A stretch of DNA of 10,833 nt. It comes from a bacterium (GTDB taxonomy: Bacteria; BMS3Abin14). The notes beneath the pieces are model-generated. The model was given only the letters and a program-made list of their open reading frames with translations, did not search any database and was not told where the DNA came from. Where the stretch lies: NCBI GenBank assembly GCA_020349685.1, contig CP070698.1, positions 1,021,934 through 1,032,766 on the forward strand, given 5' to 3'. The translations under genes and the position numbers were made by a program. Positions 1-6,162 of the stretch are shown here, one piece after another. Within the stretch, counting starts at the first letter, position 1. The number at the start of each line of letters is the position of its first letter.

Positions 1-33
1 CCAGACACTAGACACTGGGATGCCGAAGAGGCC

Positions 34-66
34 AAAAAAACGGGGCTCCTTTCGGAGCCCCGTTTT
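34..66 (-). terminator. Intrinsic (Rho-independent) terminator of the fdnGHI operon, possibly bidirectional
   Basis: Perfect 9-bp stem CGGGGCTCC (41-49)/GGAGCCCCG (54-62). The loop reads GAAA on the minus strand and is followed by 7 U (34-40). There is also a T4 tract on the plus strand (63-66). It lies ~20 nt after the fdnI stop. Confidence 0.92.
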
Positions 67-85
67 GTCTTACCGTGAAACCGGT

Positions 86-688
86 TTAGGCCTCTTCGGC
101 ATCCCACTTCGGATGGTTCTTCTTGGCCCATTCCCTGGTTACCGTACCCTTGGTCATGGCGCGCCACGTGCCCGGCACGCCGATGGTGCCCAGATAGGCA
201 TGGATGGCAATGAAGCCCATGAAAAGGATGAATCCGAGGTTGTGGAGAAAATACATCCACTGCTGAAGCCCCCTGCCGAGCTGGAAGGGGAACCACATGG
301 CGAGCCCCGTCAGGGCCATGAGGACCGCCAGGATGATGGCGACCCAACCTGCCAGCTTCTGTCCGGCGTTGAACTTGCCTGCCGGCGGGGCTTTGGCGCT
401 CGGATCCATGTACTCCTTGATCACGGCTCCTAGGGAATCTTCTCCTGGAGCAGAGATATCCTTGAACCACTGCAGGAAAATGATCACGGTTGCCACTATG
501 AACACGATCCCTGCCCAGTGGTGGATGACCCTGGAGTTGTCCACCCCTCCGAACAGTCCGGTCAGGCCGAAGAAGGACTTGGCGTAAAGACCCAGCCCCG
601 TGATGACGAGCACGATGAAGGCGAGCATGTTGATCCAGTGGAACATCCGTTCACCCTGGGTGGTCCTTTTTACGAGATGATGTGACAT
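86..688 (-). CDS. fdnI: Formate dehydrogenase-N gamma subunit (di-heme cytochrome b556 membrane anchor), 200 aa
   Basis: Four hydrophobic helices with His heme ligands (ERMFHW, RVIHHWAG, YFLHN, IAIHAY). Family motifs GKFNAGQK and GTWRAMTKGTVTREWAKKNHPKW are present. The ATG overlaps the fdnH stop (TGATG) and has an SD AAGGAGGTGA upstream. Confidence 0.95.
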   Translation of the reverse strand: MSHHLVKRTTQGERMFHWINMLAFIVLVITGLGLYAKSFFGLTGLFGGVDNSRVIHHWAGIVFIVATVIIFLQWFKDISAPGEDSLGAVIKEYMDPSAKAPPAGKFNAGQKLAGWVAIILAVLMALTGLAMWFPFQLGRGLQQWMYFLHNLGFILFMGFIAIHAYLGTIGVPGTWRAMTKGTVTREWAKKNHPKWDAEEA

Positions 689-1512
689 CAGTACTCACCT
701 CCTTCCCCGGGTGAGGGTGAGGGTGACGGCGCAGCCGCCCCGCCCTCTTCATCGGGCTCTTTGGGACCGATGGTTATATAGTGGGCGATAAGACCCACAA
801 CCCCGGCCACGAAGGCGATAACGCCCACGGGCTTCATGATGGTGCGCCACAGGAAGGTGGGGGTCGGGATGGCGGGTTTGGCCGGCAGGCCGTACTGTGT
901 GGCGCTGTCCTCGAGCAGGAACACGACGTTCGTGCGCAGGGGTCCGCCGTCGTAGACCGCAAGGCCCTTCTCCTTGGCAGCGGCCGTGATGCCGCCCAAT
1001 TTTCCCTTATCGGTGAAATAGAGGGCATCCGTGGGGCAGGTTTTGGTGCAGGCGGGCTCCATGCCCATACCCTGGCGATCGAAGCAGAGAGTGCACTTGA
1101 ACGCCTTGTCCTCGCCGAACCCCTCTGCGTTGGACCGGTCATAGCGGGGAACGTCGAAGGGGCATCCGAACACGCAGTACTTGCAGCCGGTGCACAGTTG
1201 CTGGTTGATCACCACGGAGCCGCTGGCCTCGCGGGTGATGGCCCCCGGAACGGGACATGCTTTCATGCAGCCCGCATCGGCGCAGTGCATGCACCTGTGC
1301 TGACCGAAGAACCATCTGATCTCCCCATCCCTGTCCACCTCGTTGAACCGGATCTTGGTGTAGGTGTTGTAGGAGAGATCCGGGGGGTTCTCGTAGCTGC
1401 CCTTGCACTCGGTCGGAACCGCCGAAAGACTGTTCCACTGCTTGCAGGCTGTCTGGCAGCCGCGGCAGGCAGTGCATCTGGTAGTATCGATAACGATCAT
1501 TTTTTCAGCCAC
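688..1512 (-). CDS. fdnH: Formate dehydrogenase-N beta (4x[4Fe-4S]) subunit with C-terminal TM anchor, 274 aa
   Basis: Four Cys clusters: CTACRGCQTAC, CMHCADAGCMKACP, CTGCKYCVFGCP and CTLC...PACTKTCP. Also GSYENPPDLS and a C-terminal TM helix (VGVIAFVAGVVGLIAHYI). GTG start preceded by GAAAGGGGGTGA. Located between fdnG and fdnI. Confidence 0.95.
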   Translation of the reverse strand: MAEKMIVIDTTRCTACRGCQTACKQWNSLSAVPTECKGSYENPPDLSYNTYTKIRFNEVDRDGEIRWFFGQHRCMHCADAGCMKACPVPGAITREASGSVVINQQLCTGCKYCVFGCPFDVPRYDRSNAEGFGEDKAFKCTLCFDRQGMGMEPACTKTCPTDALYFTDKGKLGGITAAAKEKGLAVYDGGPLRTNVVFLLEDSATQYGLPAKPAIPTPTFLWRTIMKPVGVIAFVAGVVGLIAHYITIGPKEPDEEGGAAAPSPSPSPGEGGEY

Positions 1513-1529
1513 TCAAATCACCCCCTTTC

Positions 1530-4500
1530 CTATTTCTTATCGACGTTGACCATGAAGGCCTTCGTCTCTGGGATCATGGTATTGGCGTCCCCGATGCTGG
1601 GTGTCAGAAGGTTGCTCGAATCGCCATAGGTCGGGTTGGTGTAAGCCTTCCCGTTGGCCATAACGTCGTTCTCCTTCGTCGTCGCCCAGCCGAACGCCCA
1701 GGGCAGTCCTACCTGGTGGACCGTGGCGCCGGCGACCTGGAACGGCTTGAACCGTTTGGTCACGATGGCGATGGCGTCCACCTTGTTGCGGACCGAGGAC
1801 ACGACGACCTTGTCGCCGTTCCGGATGCCCCTTTCATCAGCAAGCTCTACGCTTATCTCAACGAAGTTGGCCGGCATCATCTCGGCCTGCCACGGCAGCC
1901 ACCGGGTCAGAACACCTGTCTGCCAGTGCTCCGACACCCTGTAGGTGGTGGCGACGATGGGGTACCTGTCGTCACAGTTGAGGAACTGGTCCATCTTCCC
2001 CGTGAAGATCTTCGAAACGGGGTTGATCCTCTGGGGGTTCATGAGGTTGCGCTCGATGGGACACTCCAGAGGCTCATAGTGTTCGGGGAAGGGACCCTCG
2101 GAACGCCCTGGCCCGAAGATGTGGGAGACCCCGTGGGGCTTCATGATGTAGGCGAGCTTCGTAGCGTCGTTCCAGGTTCCGTCGGGCTTGCGCAGGGGAG
2201 GCCATCCTCCGTCCGGCACATCGCCGACCCACTTGGAGCCGTTCCAGTAGACGACCGGCTTGTGGGGAGCCCACGGTTTGCCGTATTCGTCCACCGAAGC
2301 CCTGTTGTAGATGATCCGCCGGTTGACCGGCCAGCACCAGGTCCAGCCGTTGTACAGACCGATGCCGGTGGGATCGGACTTGCCGCGGCGGGCCATGCTG
2401 TTGCCCGAATCGGTGTAGGACTGGCAGTACAGCCAGTTACCGGAGGAGGTGGACCCGTCGTCCTGAAGGAAGGCGAAGGAGGGGACGAGATCCCCTGCCT
2501 TGAAGTCCCTGGCGCCGACCTTCTTGTCCTCGAGGAAGTAGCCGTTGATCTCCTTGGCGATGAGGTGGGTGTCCATGTGACTGACCTTGCCATCCGGACC
2601 CTTGGGACCGTAATTCCAGTCGAGGTTCACAATGGGCTCGGGGAAAACCCCGTTCTGCTCGGAATACAGCTTCCGCACCCGCCACTGGAGTTCGTTGATG
2701 ATGTCCGCATCCGTGGGCGCGGGGGGCTTGACCGCCGCGTAGCGCCACTGTGCCCAGCGGCCCGAGTTGGTAATGGAGCCTTCCTTCTCGAAGGACATGG
2801 CGCAGGGGAGCAGGAACACCTCTGTCTTGACCTGGCTCGGATCGACGCCCGGGCCGCGCCAGAAGGATCCGGTTTCGTTGTCGAACAGGTTGACGTTCAC
2901 CATCCAGTCCAGCGTAGCCAGGGCCGCCCTGACCTTGCCCGCGTTGGAACCGGAGCAGGCCGGGTTCTGTCCCCAGGCGAAAAAGCCCGTGAACTTGCCG
3001 TTGAGCATCTCGTCAAAGAGCACGAGCCACGAAGCGTTCTGCCCTTCGTCGAGTTTCGGCAGCCATGAATACTGGGTTTCCAGGTCGGCGCTCTTGCCGA
3101 AGTGTGCCCGCAGAAGACTGGCGCTGTACTTGGGATAGTTGCTCCACCAGTTGGCCGAATAAGGCTCTTTGGTCTTGGGTGTCTTCGCATCGTTGTACTT
3201 CGCGAAGGTCGACAGTGACGCGCTGGGCGTTCCCAGGTATCCCGGAAGGATGTGGAACAGGAGGCAGTGGTCCGTGGATCCCTGCACGTTGGATTCGCCG
3301 CGCAGTGCGTTCACACCGCCGCCCGCCATCCCGATGTTGCCCAGCAGGAGCTGGATAATGGCCATGGTCCTGATGTTCTGGGTGCCGACAGTGTGCTGGG
3401 TCCACCCCATAGCGTACATGATCGTGCCGGTGCGGTTGGGTTTGCCCGTGGAAGCGTAGGTCTTGTAGACCTCGAGGAGCTTGTCCTTGGGCGTCCCGCA
3501 GATGGCCGAAACCTTGTCCAGGGTGTACCTTGAGAAGTGCTTTTTCAGGAGCTGCAGGACGCACATGGGGTCCTTCATCTCCGGGTCCTTCTTGACAACG
3601 CCGTTGGCATCGGTCTGGAAGGACCAGGTGCTCTTGTCATAGCTCCTCTTCTTCGGGTCGTAACCCGAGAACAAGCCGTCCAGCTCACCCGGCATCTTGA
3701 AGTCCTTGTTAACGATAAACGGACCGTTGGTGTACAGCCGGACGTAATCCTTGTGGTACAGCTCGTTGTCGAGGATGTACTTGATCATTCCGCCCAACCA
3801 GGCGATGTCGGTGCCGGACCTCATGGGAGCGTAAATGTCGGCCTTGGAGGAAGTTCTCGTGAAACGCGGGTCCAGGCTCAGAAGCTTGGCCCCATTCTCC
3901 CTGGCCTTCATGACCCATCGGAAACTGATGGGGTGATTCTCGGCAGCGTTGCTGCCAGAGACGATGATGACATCAGAGTTCCTGATGTCGATCCAGTGGT
4001 TGGTCATCGCCCCTCTTCCAAACGACTCTGCCAGAGCCGCTACGGTTGCGCTGTGTCATATGCGCGCCTGATGTTCGATATACACCAGGCCGAGGGCGCG
4101 AAGCCACTTCTGGAGGATGTAGCATTCCTCGTTGTCGAGGGCCGCGCTGCCAACATGGGCGATGGCGTCGTTCCGGTTGACCACCTGGCCATTGTCGTTG
4201 ACCTTGGTGAAACCGGCATCGCGGCTCTTCTTGATCTTCTTGGCTATCTCGTTGTAGACCCAATCCCAGGACTTCTCCTGCCACTCGCTGCTGCGGGGGG
4301 CACGGTAGAGGGGTTTGGTGATGCGGTACTCGCTCTCCGAGACCTGTCTTAAAGCCTGCGCCTTTGAGCAAAGGGAGCCCTCGTTGATCGGGTGATCAGG
4401 GTCTCCCTCCATGTTCACGACCCTTCCGCCGTGGGCACTGACAATGAGGCCGCAGCCCACGGCGCAGTAGGGACAGATGGTCGTTGACTCCTTGGCATAC

Positions 4501-4625
4501 TTGATGGCGACGTTGCCCTCGCGGGCTCCCGCCATCGCTGTGCCTTTGAGTCCCAGGCCACCTAGCGCGGCGCCAGACACGGTCGCACCGGAGATCTTGA
4601 TAAAGTCTCTCCTGGTTACGTTCAT
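1530..4625 (-). CDS. fdnG: Selenocysteine-containing formate dehydrogenase-N alpha subunit (Mo/W-bis-PGD), ~1031 aa, Tat-exported; Sec at codon 4056-4058
   Basis: ORFs 4056..4637 and 1530..4007 are in the same frame. Reading through the TGA gives EHQARI-U-HSATVAALAESFGRGAMTNHW, the canonical FdnG active-site motif. Also present are the Tat motif TRRDFIK, the [4Fe-4S] motif CPYCAVGCG...GSLCSK, the catalytic Arg in NALRGESNVQG, and C-terminal PFPEHYEP and IPETKAFMVNV. ATG 4625 has GGAG 6 nt upstream; GTG 4637 is an alternative start. Confidence 0.96.
4018..4045 (-). promoter_or_regulatory. Bacterial SECIS element (Sec insertion sequence)
   Basis: Starts at nt +11 after the UGA: CCG-(U bulge)-AGCGGCUCU-GGC-AGAGUCGUU-UGG. 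This is a 12-bp stem (including G-U pairs) with a bulged U and a G-containing apical loop at +24..+26. Confidence 0.85.
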
Positions 4626-4748
4626 CCCTGTCTCCACCTTCCTTTCTTACGGGTTAAAGTCCAGATAGCTTACGACAATTGTGCGGATAAAAGGTCAAGT
4701 CACCTCCTTCCCGAACGGTTTCCTCCTTCCATACCGGTTCTTTTTCTG

Positions 4749-4790
4749 AAAAATGATAAAGGAAGCCATGCATACGCAATGGCTTCCTTT
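4749..4790 (-). terminator. Leader (attenuator) terminator, the putative riboswitch expression platform upstream of fdnG
   Basis: Perfect 12-bp inverted repeat AAAGGAAGCCAT (4758-4769)/ATGGCTTCCTTT (4779-4790). On the minus strand the GC-rich stem is followed by UUUAUCAUUUUU. It lies ~125 nt upstream of the fdnG start. Confidence 0.75.
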
Positions 4791-4874
4791 GCAAAAAGGG
4801 CAGGCACCGGAATTGCTCCCGGCACCCTATCGTCCCGCCCATCCTCAGGGGACGTCACGGGATCGGAAGACACT
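4778..4874 (-). ncRNA. Moco-family riboswitch candidate lacking P3 (tungsten-cofactor/Wco-type variant)
   Basis: The minus-strand RNA folds by eye as follows. P1 is AGUG-U-CUUCC/GGAAG-C-CAUU. P2 is UCCCGU...CGUCC-CCUGA-GGAUG...GCGGGA. P4 is GGGUGCCGGGA-GCAA-UUCCGGUGCCU with a GNRA loop. P5 is UGC-CCUUUUU-GCA, followed by AAGG. The 5' CUUCCGA and 3' GCCUGCCC..UUGCAAAGGAAG parallel the Moco motif hallmarks CUCCGA and GCCUCCC..UUGGAAAGG. It sits upstream of a Mo/W enzyme. Confidence 0.75.
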
Positions 4875-5002
4875 CAATAGACTTTGGAATCAGGATGTGC
4901 AGCGGGCTTTGCACCCGTAAAAAAAACCCGTGTGCTGAAAGATACCGCGTTCTTAATACTGTATGCGATAAACCAGGTAAATGCTCCCCCCTGTTGAACT
5001 TG

Positions 5003-5031
5003 AGGTTATAATACGCTGTTCTATTTTTCAA
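5003..5031 (-). promoter_or_regulatory. Candidate sigma70 promoter for the riboswitch-fdnGHI transcript
   Basis: TTGAAA (5031-5026)-N17-TAACCT (5008-5003) in an AT-rich stretch. An overlapping TATAAC is at 15-nt spacing. Confidence 0.45.
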
Positions 5032-5088
5032 GGTAAATTATCGCCCAAAAATCCGCACACGTTGGAAAATTAAAGGTGAAATACTATT

Positions 5089-6012
5089 TTAAGCGTCCTC
5101 GGCCTCCTCTTCGGTGATCGTCCCTATCCAGACACCGCATATATTGGGCGCGCCCCTTGAGTATCCTTCCTCCTCGATGGCTCGGTCAAAGCCGGGCGTT
5201 TTGAGATCCTCCACCTCAGGGTGTGCGCTGCCGAGATCATCCCCCTCGATCCTCCATCCCTTGATGTAGGACTGGCACTGGCTGCAGACACTCGCTGACA
5301 AATTGCGGTAATCGGGATCCTCTGAATAAAGATATCCCGATTCCCTGGGGTTTTCGTGACCGCAGTAAGGGCAGGCGAGCCTTCGGTAGCGCCAGTGCGC
5401 TTCGCACCTGTGGCAGATGAGATGCCTTTTGCCCCCCTCACCCATCATGTAGGCCACGGCGGGCTCGCCACCGCATACGGGACAATGCCCTTTCTCCCAG
5501 CTGGAGGTGTCAACATCGGCGCACCGTACGGCCGCTTCCAGGAATGGGCGCTTCAGGGCATTGAATAGAACGAACATGACAACCTCAGGGTTAACTCCCT
5601 CGATGGACACCAGGTTCTTTCTGAGGGGCTCCTCCCCCTCCGTCAGATAAATGCGGGCAAGTCCCCTCAGCCTGGCCGTATCATCCTCCAGACCCGCCAT
5701 GTCACTGAGCAGGGCCGCGCTGTCCTCCGAATGGCGGCCCAGAACATGGATCACCTGCCCGACCATGACAGCCAATTCATCCTCATCCGGCACCATTTCT
5801 TCAGGGTCGATGAGGGTAAACCCCTCGGAAAGCCTCATCTGGGCTTCCTCCTCGGTCAGGGCCCTCCTGTTCTCTCCTCCCACAGAGCTCTTTTCGTTCA
5901 ATTCGAAAAGATCCCGGTAAAGACCCAGGACATCGTCCATACCCTCGACATCCAGCTTACCGGCAAGGAGGGCCTGACTGGCAGTTTCGCGTCTGGTGCT
6001 TTTTTCCGTCAT
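5089..6012 (-). CDS. fdhE: Formate dehydrogenase maturation protein FdhE, ~307 aa
   Basis: C-terminal Cys pairs WEKGHCPVCGG, RHLICHRCEAHW, RLACPYCG and CSQCQSYIK are typical of FdhE, and the gene is adjacent to fdn genes. The start was moved from 6045 to ATG 6012 because GGAGGT lies 6 nt upstream of it. Confidence 0.9.
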   Translation of the reverse strand: MTEKSTRRETASQALLAGKLDVEGMDDVLGLYRDLFELNEKSSVGGENRRALTEEEAQMRLSEGFTLIDPEEMVPDEDELAVMVGQVIHVLGRHSEDSAALLSDMAGLEDDTARLRGLARIYLTEGEEPLRKNLVSIEGVNPEVVMFVLFNALKRPFLEAAVRCADVDTSSWEKGHCPVCGGEPAVAYMMGEGGKRHLICHRCEAHWRYRRLACPYCGHENPRESGYLYSEDPDYRNLSASVCSQCQSYIKGWRIEGDDLGSAHPEVEDLKTPGFDRAIEEEGYSRGAPNICGVWIGTITEEEAEDA

Positions 6013-6052
6013 GGGGATACCTCCGGGGAAACAAATCATTATCATGACATCA

Positions 6053-6134
6053 GAATGAGGAATAGGGAAGGAGGGAGGAGGAATAATACGTTTCTCTTCG
6101 TCCTTCGTCCTTCCTCCTTCTTCCTTCGTCCTTC
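6053..6134. repeat. Inverted pair of heptamer tandem arrays (imperfect hairpin)
   Basis: Left arm GAATGAG GAATAGG GAAGGAG GGAGGAG GAATAAT (6053-6087). Right arm TCTCTTC GTCCTTC GTCCTTC CTCCTTC TTCCTTC GTCCTTC (6093-6134). CTCCTTC is the reverse complement of GAAGGAG. Confidence 0.8.
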
Positions 6135-6141
6135 AAATTAT

Positions 6142-6159
6142 GTCCAGGTCCAGGTCCAC
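6142..6159. repeat. Short hexamer tandem repeat
   Basis: GTCCAG GTCCAG GTCCAC, immediately after the stop codon of the 936-aa gene. Confidence 0.55.
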
Positions 6160-6162
6160 GAA

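Noticed and set aside
1716-3068. 450-aa plus-strand ORF, and also 781..1629, 3537..4352 and 9213..9968
   Set aside because: These are antisense shadows of well-supported GC3-rich genes and have no recognisable motifs.
4056-4637. 193-aa ORF treated as a separate gene, or fdnG treated as a nonsense pseudogene
   Set aside because: The TGA sits exactly at the Sec position of the ARI-U-H motif, is in frame with the downstream ORF and has a SECIS.
4654-4842. 62-aa minus-strand ORF in the fdnG leader
   Set aside because: It runs through the riboswitch and terminator and has no protein features. The RNA structure explains the sequence better.
4897-4938. GCACAC...GGGUGCAAAGCCCG on the minus strand, reminiscent of a c-di-GMP-I riboswitch
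   Set aside because: It lacks the GGCAAA/GNRA P2 and the P3 receptor architecture. Only a small hairpin is supportable.
4680-5059. 9-bp inverted pair TGTGCGGAT (4680-4688)/ATCCGCACA (5051-5059), with a DnaA-box-like TTATCCGCA
   Set aside because: The match is short and far apart, there is no box cluster and there are no transposon hallmarks. It is plausibly chance.
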